Shown here: positions 48,614-59,570 of the stretch, one piece after another
Layout: every line of letters starts with the position of its first letter
How positions within the stretch are numbered: position 1 is the stretch's first letter
NCBI GenBank assembly: GCA_008690995.1
Contig: VRMN01000002.1
Span: 248,001 to 312,000, forward strand
Source: Porphyridium purpureum
Lineage: Eukaryota
DNA length: 64,000 nucleotides
Reading direction: 5' to 3'
The notes under the pieces: generated by a model
What the model saw: the letters and a program-made list of their open reading frames with translations, nothing else
Databases searched by the model: none
Told to the model about the DNA's origin: nothing
Position numbers and translations under genes: made by a program

Positions 48614-50836
48614 ATGGGCTCGGGCGCCGTGGGGCACCGGGAATCCGCCGCTGCAAACGGCGCCGGCACTCCAACGGGCCAGCCCTTGCCCATTCTCGTA
48701 CACGCGCGTGATATTGTCGACGCGTACGCCGCGTGCGACGTATTGGTGCTGGCCGGTGAGACTGGGTGCGGCAAGTCGACACAACTGCCGCAGATATTGC
48801 TCGACAATAGGCGACGCACGGGCGTTTCGCGCGTCGTCATCACACAGCCACGGCGGCTGGCGGCCATCAGTGTCGCTGCGCGCGTCGCGCACGAACGAGA
48901 ATGCGAGCTCGGCACACAAGTTGGCTATGCCGTGCGCTTTGAAAACAAATCTGGTCCTGGCACTCAAATACGGTATGTCACGCACGGTGTGCTCCTCCGG
49001 GAGGCATGCTCTAGCAGCACCGCCAGTCTCCGGTCGCAAGAGCACTCAGCGTTTCACCTCAATTATGACGCGGTCATCATCGACGAGGTGCATGAACGTG
49101 ACTTGAACACAGACCTGCTGCTAGGAATGGCAAAGACCAAGCTATTGGAACGAAAGGGCAGCGCAGTCGCCAAATCAGACGCCGAAGAGTCCTTCAAGCT
49201 GGTCGTCATGTCAGCAACTGCGGATATTGCGGCCTTTACAGACTTTTTCTCCGCGCCGTGTCGGCCTCTCAATGGATCTCAAAGGCAAGTCCACCCACAG
49301 ACGCCTCTAGTGGTAAAGCAACTCATTATCCCTGGGCGCGCTTTCCCCGTCGAGCGGCTGTTCACTGAAGAGCCTGTTCAGGAATACGTGAATGCGGCGG
49401 TGACAGCATGCGCGCAAATTCACGCCGACGAGCCGTTTCCAGGCGACGTGCTGTGCTTTCTTTCCGGGCAGGACGAAATTGATGCAGCGTGCGCGTTGCT
49501 CAAGGATCATCTGGAGCGATACCTCGGCAAAAAGCGCACGAAGCATGAGGTGCTGATCATGGCACTGTACGCCACGCTCGCGCCGGAGGAGCAGCAGCGC
49601 GCAATCGAGCCGCTGCCCGTCGAAGTGCGCGCACAGCGGCGCAAAATCATCTTCAGCACGAATGTCGCGGAGACTTCCATCACGATTCCTGGCGTACGCT
49701 ACGTGGTCGACTCTGGGATGTGCAAAATGCGCGTGGGCACTTCGGCATCACAGTCCTCACTTCAAATCGTGCCCATTTCGCGGGCACAGGCTGCACAGCG
49801 TGCCGGGCGCGCCGGCCGTGAGTGTGCGGGCAAGGCTTTCAGTTTGTACCCCGAGCGCGCGCTCTTCAGCGTCATGCCTGAATTTGAGCCACCGGAAATC
49901 ACGCGCTGTGACTTGGCGTCCGCGATGCTCACACTTTTCGCGCTCGGTACGGACGTGCGCCACTTTGACTTTATGGACGCGCCGTCGGCGCAGGGCGTGC
50001 AGAACGCTTTGGAGCTCTTGGTGGACCTTGGCGCGCTCGACGAACACTGCGAAATGAATGCGGTCGGCCGCGCAATGGCAGCGCTTCCAGTCGGCGCAAT
50101 GGTCGGTCGCGCATTTCTTGAGGCGATGCGTGCGGGCTGCGCGCAGAGCATGGCCATGATGGCAGCGCTGCTCAGCGTCGAAGGAAACATATACGCTAGC
50201 GTGCGCCCAGAGCGGAGAGCGGCTGCTGACAAGGCGCGGCGCCACGAGGCGTCCGCACTCGGTGACATGATCTCTGTTCTGAATGTTTTTGAAAAGTACC
50301 TCTCGTTGCACCCGCGCGAACGTGGAGCCTACTGTCGCGATCTTTTCATCAGCGCGCGCACTTTGAATGCCGCGCGCGCCGCATACGAGCAGCTGCTAAA
50401 GTTGCAGCAGACTCGTACGGTGCGCCAGGGAGCAAACGCGCTGTGTCGCGATGTCTATCGTGCTCGCGAGCCGAGCTGGTGGTCAGAGCCGGCAGGAGGT
50501 CCACGCCCACGCATGCAACTGCAGCGATGCCTGGTAGCTGGCTTCTCGCGTCACGCAGCGAGCCTTCTGGAGGCTCCCCCGTCCTCGCGGCTGAGTGGCA
50601 GCCCGAACCAGACTGCGGGTGAATTCGCTGTTGCTCCAAGCAGCAGCTTCAATGTCCGATACAAGGGTCTTCGAGGCGGACCAGAACTATTCGTGCACCC
50701 GTCTTCTGTGATTCACTGGCGTCGGCGGCCACCGCACTGCATTCTCTACCAAGAAATTCTTATCACGAGCAAACTGTACGTGCGTAACGTGCTGGAAATT
50801 GACTCTGCGTGGCTTGACGAAGCAACGGGTAGCTAA
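48614..50836 (+). CDS. DEAH/RHA-family RNA helicase (DHX33/Dhr2-like)
   Basis: GETGCGKSTQ, TQPRR, DEVHER, MSAT, STNVAETSITI, QRAGRAGR, HPSS; no large N-terminal extension. Confidence 0.88.
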   Translation: MGSGAVGHRESAAANGAGTPTGQPLPILVHARDIVDAYAACDVLVLAGETGCGKSTQLPQILLDNRRRTGVSRVVITQPRRLAAISVAARVAHERECELGTQVGYAVRFENKSGPGTQIRYVTHGVLLREACSSSTASLRSQEHSAFHLNYDAVIIDEVHERDLNTDLLLGMAKTKLLERKGSAVAKSDAEESFKLVVMSATADIAAFTDFFSAPCRPLNGSQRQVHPQTPLVVKQLIIPGRAFPVERLFTEEPVQEYVNAAVTACAQIHADEPFPGDVLCFLSGQDEIDAACALLKDHLERYLGKKRTKHEVLIMALYATLAPEEQQRAIEPLPVEVRAQRRKIIFSTNVAETSITIPGVRYVVDSGMCKMRVGTSASQSSLQIVPISRAQAAQRAGRAGRECAGKAFSLYPERALFSVMPEFEPPEITRCDLASAMLTLFALGTDVRHFDFMDAPSAQGVQNALELLVDLGALDEHCEMNAVGRAMAALPVGAMVGRAFLEAMRAGCAQSMAMMAALLSVEGNIYASVRPERRAAADKARRHEASALGDMISVLNVFEKYLSLHPRERGAYCRDLFISARTLNAARAAYEQLLKLQQTRTVRQGANALCRDVYRAREPSWWSEPAGGPRPRMQLQRCLVAGFSRHAASLLEAPPSSRLSGSPNQTAGEFAVAPSSSFNVRYKGLRGGPELFVHPSSVIHWRRRPPHCILYQEILITSKLYVRNVLEIDSAWLDEATGS

Positions 50837-51080
50837 TTGTTGCATCTGCTGCTGCTCCTGCTGCTTTGCAGCTGCTCTGCACACCAAATACTGACTGTAC
50901 AAACACCACTGGTCCGCCAGCGCTTTGGCCTGCAAACACTGAGAGCCGCGGGTCCTTGTGCATGAACAGGCTGGTCAGGTTTAGTTGGGCATCGCGCAGC
51001 CAAGACTTCCAGACGCTGTTCTCTGTGCCAAGGCAGCATTTGCACTGGTGTCCATGCCCTCTCGTAGAAAAAAAAAGTCA

Positions 51081-52310
51081 TCAGACTATCTCGATCTCCT
51101 CGTCCGCGGGCCGCGATGGGCTTTGTAGAAGTGCGGAAAAGCTCGTGTTGTAGCCAAACCAAGAGAAGTCGCGATTGAAGCGCTCGATTACTTGCATGAA
51201 GTTCGGTGCCATATCCTTGGTGATACTGCCCCGTACTTCGTGGCCAAACGAGACGTCAAACATTGAGTCGGTACCGTTCGGGCCCCAGCCGGACTCAACG
51301 TAGTCAGAAAAGCCCATCACTCGAGCCACGCAGCGCAAACCCGGCTTGAGCTTTTCGAGCTGCAGAATTAGATAATGGTCCATGTATGGAAAGCCGCAGA
51401 GGGAGGCTTGGTCGCGAAAATGCTCATTGAGCATGCCGGCTGAGCGCGCGCTGAGCGCGTCTAGAAATTGCGTGAAAGTACTGTTCTCTGAGATTCCAGG
51501 AAGCGGCTTGCTCATGCGACGAAACTTTCCCTGCAAGATTTTCTCCCGGTACGCTGACAGCAAGCGCGTGAACGGGTGGCGCACGATCGCAATTTTGAGC
51601 CAGCTCGGATCAGATGCCACCGCCTCGATTTCATCGTGGTCCTGCGTGCGCAGTTCCTTGTGCAAGTTGCGGTCATAATTATTCGTCTGCAAAAAGCCTT
51701 GTCGCTCTGAAAAGTTTGACGGCAGCGGGTCGCCACGCGCATCCATCTGCATGCGCAACAGCAATGTGCGTACGATGCTGCAGCCGCTCTTGGGGATCGT
51801 GCACACCACCATTTTATGCTCCGGAATCATAATCGTGCCCAAGGCCACGGCCTCGGAGTGTGCGTAATATGAGTCGACCCGTTTCCGCCTTGACTTTCGT
51901 CTGATGGGCGCAACGTACTGTCCACACTGCTGCTGTATTTTCTCGTAAGCCGGCACGCCCTGCGTATGCACACGGCCCGCCAGGGACGTTGAACCTACAC
52001 CCAGCGCGGGCGACCCATCCAGCTGCGCTTCGTCAGTGGATGAAGGACCGCGGAACACGCTCAGGTCCTTCTGCAGAATGAAGAACAAGTAGAGCACACA
52101 CAGAGTGGACATAACTGCCATAAACTTGACACTTAGCGACGACCCGGACAAGGACGATAGCGGCAATGAGGAGGCTGAGGATTTCTCAAAGGTCACCCCA
52201 GACTGAAAGTCGCTGTGCTCCGGCAGGCCTGTGGCCGTGCCTGTCGCCGCTCCTACCGCTGACGCAGCGGCTGGAGCGGCGCGGCGGATAGGGTCGTATC
52301 GTGCTGGCAT
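51081..52310 (-). CDS. Golgi-type carbohydrate sulfotransferase (Sulfotransfer_2/CHST-like)
   Basis: 5'-PSB CTIPKSGCS, 3'-PB VRHPFTRLLSAY, NEHFRDQ..LC; type II TM anchor; alternative start at 52403. Confidence 0.85.
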   Translation of the reverse strand: MPARYDPIRRAAPAAASAVGAATGTATGLPEHSDFQSGVTFEKSSASSLPLSSLSGSSLSVKFMAVMSTLCVLYLFFILQKDLSVFRGPSSTDEAQLDGSPALGVGSTSLAGRVHTQGVPAYEKIQQQCGQYVAPIRRKSRRKRVDSYYAHSEAVALGTIMIPEHKMVVCTIPKSGCSIVRTLLLRMQMDARGDPLPSNFSERQGFLQTNNYDRNLHKELRTQDHDEIEAVASDPSWLKIAIVRHPFTRLLSAYREKILQGKFRRMSKPLPGISENSTFTQFLDALSARSAGMLNEHFRDQASLCGFPYMDHYLILQLEKLKPGLRCVARVMGFSDYVESGWGPNGTDSMFDVSFGHEVRGSITKDMAPNFMQVIERFNRDFSWFGYNTSFSALLQSPSRPADEEIEIV

Positions 52311-52395
52311 TCTACGGTCCAGGTCGTGCTTTCCTTTTCTAACCTCCTCGTTTGCGTTCAAAGAATGTGACTTCTTTACAAAACCTGGGTGGATG

Positions 52396-54024
52396 TCATA
52401 CATTTGGCTGCTGCGAGCTGTTGCCGTTCGTGTTGCGGGGCTGTTCAGGAGAAGGGTGCGCCGAGCTGGAGTCTGCGGCAGCTGGTAGGTACAACACGGT
52501 TGCGCGCTGCGGGCCGCGGCGGCGGCTAATCATGCTCCTGCGCACAGTGAATACGTCGTAGAGATGGCGCCACATCGCGGAGCGTTTCAGGCGGGCGAGG
52601 AGTTTCTCGCTCTCGAGCAGCGCGACGTGCGCCGTGGGGCGCTGCGCCGGATCGCGGCAGAGGAAGCGCTCGATGAGGTCGCGCACCTCGACGCTTCTGC
52701 TCTTCCACGCGCGATTCCAAGCCTTGCTCTGAATGAGTTTGTCCGGACAAAAGTCGCGCGAAATGACGCCCGGCTTCAAGCCCGTCAGTACAACAAACAT
52801 CACCACGCCCACTCCAAAGATATCGACCTTTTGTAAGCTCGCACTGCTCGCAAGCGAGAACGACTGCACGACACGAGAAGACTCGTCCGTCGCTCGCGGC
52901 TGTACCGTGGCCAGGCTTGTACCGCTCGCATCACTTTTTTGACCTGGATTCTGCTTCTGGTCTTGCCCACTTTCCGTGCGAATCTTGGCAAAGACTTCCG
53001 GAGCAATGAAGCCCTCGGTGCCCACAATGGCGCGCTCCCAATGTGTCTCTGCGTCAAGCTCGACGTCCACGGCCAGGCCAAAGTCGACCAATTTGAGGGA
53101 AAAATCGTCTGGCCTGTCGGACTCGAAGATGATGTTTTCTGGCTTCAGATCGCGATGCACAATACCACGTGCATGCATAAAGTCCAGCGCGCGGAGAATC
53201 TGCGTGCAAATGGTCATGGCGTCCACATCACTGATGCCTCCCACTGTTTGGAACGCCTTCGCGTACAAGTCACCGCCCTTCAGAAAAGGCAGCACAAGGT
53301 AGATGCCCATGCGGTCTTCGAACCAGTCGTGCAGCTCAATAATGTTCGGGTGTCCACGTAACTTGTCGAGGGCGTGAACTTCGCGAGCTGCGCCGCGCGT
53401 CAGGCCGTCTGACCGGCCGCCGTGTTCTGATCCATTCATGGGCTGTCCAGCAGGACGTTTGTCCTGTCGCTGAAATCTCGAAAGCGCTTTGGTACGTTGG
53501 TGGCCAACCTGCCTCTCAAACAGCGCAGTGCCGTGCGAGCCGGCACGCGACATGGTGTTCCTACGCGTGATCACCTTGACGGCAAAGGTGCGCGCTCCCT
53601 TTGCTTCGCTTACCTCGTACACTGCCTCACACTGCCCGCCCGTGCCCACCTTTCTCGTTACCACAAAGCCTCGTGCGCGTAGCTCTCGAATCTGCATCTG
53701 AACCAACGAGTCTGAGTACGAGCGCCGCACCAATTGGTTTTGGTTCTGGTCTTGGCCTTGGTCCTGGTCCTGGTCCTGGTCCTGGCCCTGGCCCTGGCCC
53801 TGGCCCTGGCCCTGGCCCTGGTCCTGGCCTGGATCCTGGTCCAGATCCTGGTTATGGTCCCGAGTTTGGTCCTGAAACTGCGCAGGCACGTCGCCATACG
53901 CAAATTCAACTTCATGTCGCGCACATGGCTCCACGTCCAGGCTCAGCGCGCCACCCGCGTTCATCCACACCCTGCTGTCCACTTGCACGTCGAGGCCTCC
54001 ATCGCCTCTGCTTGCAGTTTCCAT
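52396..54024 (-). CDS. Ser/Thr protein kinase (CAMK-like)
   Basis: VGTGG, AVK, HPNII, HRDLKPEN, DFG, GT.GFIAPE, DIFGVG. Confidence 0.92.
   Translation of the reverse strand: METASRGDGGLDVQVDSRVWMNAGGALSLDVEPCARHEVEFAYGDVPAQFQDQTRDHNQDLDQDPGQDQGQGQGQGQGQGQDQDQDQDQGQDQNQNQLVRRSYSDSLVQMQIRELRARGFVVTRKVGTGGQCEAVYEVSEAKGARTFAVKVITRRNTMSRAGSHGTALFERQVGHQRTKALSRFQRQDKRPAGQPMNGSEHGGRSDGLTRGAAREVHALDKLRGHPNIIELHDWFEDRMGIYLVLPFLKGGDLYAKAFQTVGGISDVDAMTICTQILRALDFMHARGIVHRDLKPENIIFESDRPDDFSLKLVDFGLAVDVELDAETHWERAIVGTEGFIAPEVFAKIRTESGQDQKQNPGQKSDASGTSLATVQPRATDESSRVVQSFSLASSASLQKVDIFGVGVVMFVVLTGLKPGVISRDFCPDKLIQSKAWNRAWKSRSVEVRDLIERFLCRDPAQRPTAHVALLESEKLLARLKRSAMWRHLYDVFTVRRSMISRRRGPQRATVLYLPAAADSSSAHPSPEQPRNTNGNSSQQPNV
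53735..53870 (-). repeat. 6-bp coding repeat encoding (QG/QD)n in the kinase N-terminus
   Basis: cctggt/cctggc tandem units. Confidence 0.88.
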
Positions 54025-54513
54025 CCCATGCGGTTTGTCGGCGCTATTTTACTCCGTCCACTCACTAGACTGTCCGGCGCTGCAGCCGCGGCACCGTGCT
54101 TTCGCTGCACCGCGTCTGCTCGTCCACACGCGCACCCACACTCGCGCCTGGCGTCTGGGCTCTCCGCGCATTCAGCTACACTTCACTACACACGCACACA
54201 GGTGATCGATTCGAAGTGGTGAGCAGAGGTGGAACAAGCGCGGTGGAAGTGTGAACGCTGGCGATATTTATTGTCGTGTGAACGGCACAGTGAAGGCCTC
54301 TCACTCTCTCGTCATCGGATGGCAAGACAAAGCACTTTCGTCGAGTGGCGCAGAACTCTGCGCGACGCAGCGAACAGAAGGAGCAGAGGCATGCCAGAGT
54401 CAAACCTCCCTGCGTGATGAATGTCACTTGGAGATAATATTCATGTCATCTAATGCAAAGTGCCACAGGTCTAGGAAACCGCGCGCGAAGACAGCCGCGT
54501 GGCTGTGCAGCTC

Positions 54514-55443
54514 CTAGAAAAGCAGGTATCGCGAGAATGCAAAAAATGGCACACCCACGAACGCAAACGACGCCTCAGCCACACACGCGGCCACGACCGG
54601 GATGAGAAAGTTGTCGTCGATGCCGAGCGGAAATTGAGCATACGGCAGTGTGAGCTGGGGTGATGGCACAATTAGTTCGGTCAGCGCACCGCACGAAGCA
54701 ATGGTGCACGCCAGCTTGAGAAAGACGAGTGCGTCCATGCCTAGTCCATCCGGTGAGCGCATGGCGCAACGGAAAACCAGGTTGAGCGCTACGAGGAACG
54801 CGAAAAAGAAGCCCAGCACAGACTTGCCATTCTTGAGCCGCGCCCAAGTTTGTGACTTTGTAAAGGTGCCGAACAATGCCGCAATCGGATCTAGCGCGGC
54901 GAGAAGCAGAATGCCCAGGATCGCGGCCGGCTTGCTCACCAGCGCAGCGGCCGTCGCGCATCCGAACATGTAGTAAAACATGCCTGAAAACTTTGACGTC
55001 TCGTGCGCGCGCATGAACGGCCCGAACGCCATCTGCACCACCTTGTTGATGGCCGGCGACTGCAATCGAGCCGCTTCAGTCACAAGCACAGACCCGGCCA
55101 CCACAGTGCTGATGACACAGAACTGGGCCTTGCTGAGAAATAAATGGTATGCTAGCGCGATCATGTAGCCCGTCAGAAAGTGGAACAGCTTACGCGCCGG
55201 ATGGTAGCTCTCACGCGTTGGGAGGCGATTCCCGGGCTCATCTCCCTCGGGCTTGTCCCCGCGCTCGCGCGAAGGTACGCTGCTCGCGCTCGCACTCATC
55301 TTGGCGCGACAGCGCCGATGAGACCCAGCACGCGCCTGAAAGACGGCCGCTCCCGGTGCTGGATGGGCGTGCTGCTGCGGCAAGCGAGCCGGAGCAGCAG
55401 GAACAACAAATCGTACACAGAACGCACTCCAGCTGGCTCGCAT
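54514..55443 (-). CDS. CTP-dependent lipid kinase (DGK1/phytol/dolichol kinase superfamily)
   Basis: RKLFH, MR.HE...SG..YY, LDPIAALFG, KSVLG, IDDNFLIP; multiple TM helices; organellar leader. Confidence 0.82.
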   Translation of the reverse strand: MRASWSAFCVRFVVPAAPARLPQQHAHPAPGAAVFQARAGSHRRCRAKMSASASSVPSRERGDKPEGDEPGNRLPTRESYHPARKLFHFLTGYMIALAYHLFLSKAQFCVISTVVAGSVLVTEAARLQSPAINKVVQMAFGPFMRAHETSKFSGMFYYMFGCATAAALVSKPAAILGILLLAALDPIAALFGTFTKSQTWARLKNGKSVLGFFFAFLVALNLVFRCAMRSPDGLGMDALVFLKLACTIASCGALTELIVPSPQLTLPYAQFPLGIDDNFLIPVVAACVAEASFAFVGVPFFAFSRYLLF

Positions 55444-55691
55444 CTCTGATGTGCACACGCGAATGCTCGACAAACGAAGCAGATACTGATCCTGTCCAAG
55501 CGACCGCAAGGAAGGGGTAGCAGCTCTCGAGTGCGATATTTGACCCCGGGAGCCCGAATCTTGGGCTTGTCACACTGCTTCGAGGATAGGTCGGGAGCTG
55601 TTTATTTTGACTATACTAGACCAACAGCCATCGTTTACCAAACTCGAGGGTGGAGGTCTTGGAGACACACGCCGCGACTGGCCCGCGCTCA

Positions 55692-56699
55692 TTACTGGCC
55701 CATGGGAAGCTTGTCGCTTCGGTCGCTGATACCTTGGTCACCGACCAGTTTTTGAGTCTTTCCAATGTACTTGCTCATTCCAGACACCGGGTTCAGTTCG
55801 TTCGCGTTGACCGAGTCGGGCGACACTTTGACCGTGCCAGGTGCAAAGATCTGGTAGTCAACAAACGCTTTAGGAGCCGCGGCGGAAATTGGCTCGTATT
55901 CATCCTGTGTGACCGCGTTGTACGGTGGGCCGTACATCCAGAACGGCTGCTGCTTCATTAGGTTCATGGCGCGGCGGCCACCCACCGCTGCTGGCTTGGT
56001 TGCGCCAACGTAGCGCAAGTCCGCCTTTGTGGTGCTCACGTACTTTGCCGGCGTGACCGGTGAAAAGCCTGCCTCGATGCTCACCTTCTTCGTCAGCGCC
56101 TTGGGCACGATGAATGTGTCGAGCGTGTGCGCGCTGAAGCCGAGGTTCTTCCTTAGGATGTCTGAGCTCTCTGGGATAACCTGCGCGTTGCCAATCTTGA
56201 TCACTCTGCCCGTGCCAACGTAGCCGATTGCCTCGCCGTAGGCTGGCTGGAGGTAGCCCGCGCCCTGGAGATCTTTCAGCATGGCGCTTCCCTTGGATGT
56301 GAAAATGTGACCCGCCAGCATGTCGTACACGAGCCTGGAATCCTCCATCATTGCCTTCCTCAGCTGCGGCGACAGTCGCGCAAACGCGCCGTCGTTCGGA
56401 ATGAACACCATGAACTTCTTGTCTGTCAGATTAAAATCCTTGACGATCTGCGCAATCACCTTGTTGGCGCCCGTGGCGTACACCCACGCCGCAATGCCGC
56501 GGCCACGCCAAAAGTCATCCTCCGCGATGTAGCCCGACTCGTATGGCTTGGCCGCCATGCGCACGCCGCCGCGCGCGCTCGCACGCGCTGCTGTGGTGGT
56601 GGTGGTGGTGGTCGCAGGCAGCAGCGCGCCGCACACCGCGTGCCGCTGCGCCAGCGCCAGCGACGCGGCGCCCACTCCTCCGCTTACAAACCCGGCCAT
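55692..56699 (-). CDS. FAS1 (fasciclin) domain protein, plastid-targeted; probable phycobilisome linker (LRC6/LR9 type)
   Basis: FAS1 H1 VFIPNDGAF, central HI, H2 HTLDTFIVP; MAGFVSG...VRMA transit peptide; extended C-terminal arm. Confidence 0.75.
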   Translation of the reverse strand: MAGFVSGGVGAASLALAQRHAVCGALLPATTTTTTTAARASARGGVRMAAKPYESGYIAEDDFWRGRGIAAWVYATGANKVIAQIVKDFNLTDKKFMVFIPNDGAFARLSPQLRKAMMEDSRLVYDMLAGHIFTSKGSAMLKDLQGAGYLQPAYGEAIGYVGTGRVIKIGNAQVIPESSDILRKNLGFSAHTLDTFIVPKALTKKVSIEAGFSPVTPAKYVSTTKADLRYVGATKPAAVGGRRAMNLMKQQPFWMYGPPYNAVTQDEYEPISAAAPKAFVDYQIFAPGTVKVSPDSVNANELNPVSGMSKYIGKTQKLVGDQGISDRSDKLPMGQ

Positions 56700-57173
56700 T
56701 GTCTTCTTGAGCGCTTGAAATACCCTCGGTGCCCACGACTCTGCTCCTTCCTTGTGTGCTTCCCACCTCGCCGGCTTTCTCCCTCGGTCTCTCCTCCCCA
56801 CTCAGCCACCCGCAGCAACCCTTGTCGGCTGTGCCACCCGAATCTCCACAGGCGCTCGTCGAGATCCACTGTACCGTGTCGACTGTACCTCATCACGCAC
56901 GCTAGGGTTGCACGCTTAAAAAAGTAATGTTTAACGATTATTTTACCGGTTTTTCTGGAATGATCGTGCTCGCTCGTGCACGGCATGGCGCGCGCGCACA
57001 ACGCACGGTTCTAAACAATGGTGCATGGTGTCGCGCTGGTGCGGACACGAACACAGGAGCCAAGCGACGGCGCGGAGCCGGGCGCATCTAGCTTGCGAGA
57101 TGGCACGCAGAAGAACTCGTGGACTCCGTCAATCACACATTTTACTTTTGGGGAAATAGTCCAGGTCAAGGTA

Positions 57174-59294
57174 TTAGTCGACGTCTTCCAGCGCCGTCAC
57201 TTCAGCCGCGGCTTCATCGGTCGGCGCGTCCGTCTCCATCTTCTCCTCCACAGGCTCGTCGTCGTCCAGGCTCAGGCCCAGGCGGATCATGCGGTGGATT
57301 CGCGACGCAAACACGTTTGGCTCGTCAAGCGAAAAGCCAGATGTGAGCAGCGACGTATCGAAGAGAAGCATGATCAGGTCCTTCGCGGTCTTGTCAGCCT
57401 TGTCTGCCTCAAGACGGCCCTTGAGCTCCTTGATGATTGCGTTCCCGGGGTTAATTTCCATAGTCTTGCGCGGCGACATGTACATGGACAGCGAGCTGTC
57501 GCGCAGCGCCTGCGCTTTCACAATGCGCTCCATGTTCGCACTCCATCCGTACTCGCCGGTCACCAAAATGCAAGGGGAGTCCGCCAGGCGCTCCGAGACC
57601 ACCACCTTTTCGACGCGGTCGCCCAGAATGTCCTTGATGACGGTGCAGAGGGTCTCGTACGCCTTCTTCTCCTCCTCCTTCGCGGCCTTCTCCTCATCTG
57701 TCTCCTCAAGCTCAATGCCTTCCTTGGTCAAGCACATCAGTTTCTTGCCATCGTATTCCTTGAGCTGCTGCACACAGTACTCGTCGATCGGCTCGGTCAT
57801 GAAGATGACCTCATAGCCCTTCTTGCGCAAGCGCTCCAGGAACGGACTGTTCTCAACTGCCTTCTTGCTCTCGCCAATGATGTAGTAAATGTTCTTCTGG
57901 CCTTCCTTCATGCGCGACACGTATTCCTTCAGCGAGGTCATCTCATCCGGGCACTTGGACGTGTTGTAGCGCAGCAGGTCCGCCAGCTTGTCTGCGTTGG
58001 ACTGGTCTTCATGAATGCCCAGCTTCAGGTTCTTGGAGAACTGCTCGTAGAAGGTCTTGTACTCCTCCTTGTTCTCCGCCAGCTCGGCAAACATTTCCAT
58101 GCATTTCTTCACCAAGTTCTTGCGGATCACCTTGAGAATCTTGTTCTGCTGCAGCATTTCGCGAGAAATGTTGAGCGGCAGATCCTCCGAGTCGACCACA
58201 CCCTTCACAAAGTTGAGCCACTCTGGAATGATGTCCTCGCAGTTGTCCATGATGAACACCTTCTTCACGTACAGCTTGATGTTGTTCATCTTCTTTTTGG
58301 GCTCGAACAGGTCGAACGGCGCGCGCTTGGGCGTGAACAGCAGGCCCGTAAACTCGAGCTGGCCCTCCACCGAGAAGTGCTTGACGCCCAAGAAGTCCTC
58401 CCAATCGTTGGTCAGGCTCTTGTAGAACGCGCCATACTCCTCCTTTGTGACCTCGTTGGGCTTGCGCGTCCAGATTGGCTTTTGCTTGTTCAGAAGCTCC
58501 CACTCGTGCACAATTTCCTTGACCTGCTTCTTCTCCTTCTTTTCCTCCTCCTCATCCTCGACGTCTTCTACCTTGGTGCCGTCGTCTTCCTTCTCCTCCT
58601 CCATCTTGTTTTCCTCGGCGGCCTCATCCTCGTCGTCGACGTCCTTGGTGACCTCCTTCTCGATCCACAGGTTGATGGGGTACTGAATGAATTGCGAGTG
58701 CTTCTTGACCAGGTCCTTGAGGCGGCGCTCTTGGAGGAACTCCTGCTGGTCCTCTTTCAGGTGCAGGATGATGGACGTTCCACGCTTCAGCGGCTCGCCA
58801 AGGCTTCCATCGTCCGGGCGGATCGTGAACGATCCTCCCGCCGACGACTCCCAAATGTATCCCTCGTCGTCATTGTGCTTGGTGCGCACAATCACATTGT
58901 CCGCTACAAGGTACGCCGAGTAGAAGCCCACACCGAACTGGCCAATCATGCTCACATCTGCTCCGGCGGACAGCGCCTCCATGAACTGTTTGGTGCCAGA
59001 CTTGGCGATGGTTCCGAGATTGTTGACCAAGTCAATCTTGGTCATCCCAATGCCGCTATCTGTGATGGTCAGGGTCTTTCCCTCCTTGTCTGCAACGAGG
59101 CGAATTTCCATCGAGCTATCCGCGTCGAGCACGGACTTTTCCGTGAGCGACTGGTACCTAATCTTATCCAGCGCATCGGACGAGTTGGAAATCAGCTCGC
59201 GCAGGAAAATCTCCTTATTGCTGTAGAACGTGTTGATGATCAAGCTCATCAACTGGTTGATCTCGGCCTGAAAGCTGTATGTTTCTGCCGCCAT
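57174..59294 (-). CDS. HSP90: Cytosolic HSP90
   Basis: [48 protein letters not shown]; ends LEDVD. Confidence 0.98.
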   Translation of the reverse strand: MAAETYSFQAEINQLMSLIINTFYSNKEIFLRELISNSSDALDKIRYQSLTEKSVLDADSSMEIRLVADKEGKTLTITDSGIGMTKIDLVNNLGTIAKSGTKQFMEALSAGADVSMIGQFGVGFYSAYLVADNVIVRTKHNDDEGYIWESSAGGSFTIRPDDGSLGEPLKRGTSIILHLKEDQQEFLQERRLKDLVKKHSQFIQYPINLWIEKEVTKDVDDEDEAAEENKMEEEKEDDGTKVEDVEDEEEEKKEKKQVKEIVHEWELLNKQKPIWTRKPNEVTKEEYGAFYKSLTNDWEDFLGVKHFSVEGQLEFTGLLFTPKRAPFDLFEPKKKMNNIKLYVKKVFIMDNCEDIIPEWLNFVKGVVDSEDLPLNISREMLQQNKILKVIRKNLVKKCMEMFAELAENKEEYKTFYEQFSKNLKLGIHEDQSNADKLADLLRYNTSKCPDEMTSLKEYVSRMKEGQKNIYYIIGESKKAVENSPFLERLRKKGYEVIFMTEPIDEYCVQQLKEYDGKKLMCLTKEGIELEETDEEKAAKEEEKKAYETLCTVIKDILGDRVEKVVVSERLADSPCILVTGEYGWSANMERIVKAQALRDSSLSMYMSPRKTMEINPGNAIIKELKGRLEADKADKTAKDLIMLLFDTSLLTSGFSLDEPNVFASRIHRMIRLGLSLDDDEPVEEKMETDAPTDEAAAEVTALEDVD

Positions 59295-59492
59295 GATTGC
59301 CCTGTTTTTCTAGTACACCTTCACTCCTCCCCTTCCAGTTCACACGCCACAGCACGCACCGCTCTGCGTCGCACCGACCCTTGCTCTCGCGACAGTAATC
59401 ACCACCGCTGCACGTCCACTCCCTTCCTCCTCTCCTCCGTCGACACTCTGCACGACACGCGCGGACCAGGACCACATCCACAGCACCACGAC

Positions 59493-59570
59493 TTTTTATA
59501 CTCGCGCGCAACCGTTTGGGCACGCCAGCCGTATCTTGTTGTGGCCGGCGTCTTTGGAACCTTCTGGACG
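59493..59570 (-). promoter_or_regulatory. HSP90 promoter: TATA box and HSE-like element
   Basis: TATAAAAA on the minus strand (59493-59500); GAAccTTCtgGAC at 59557-59569. Confidence 0.65.
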
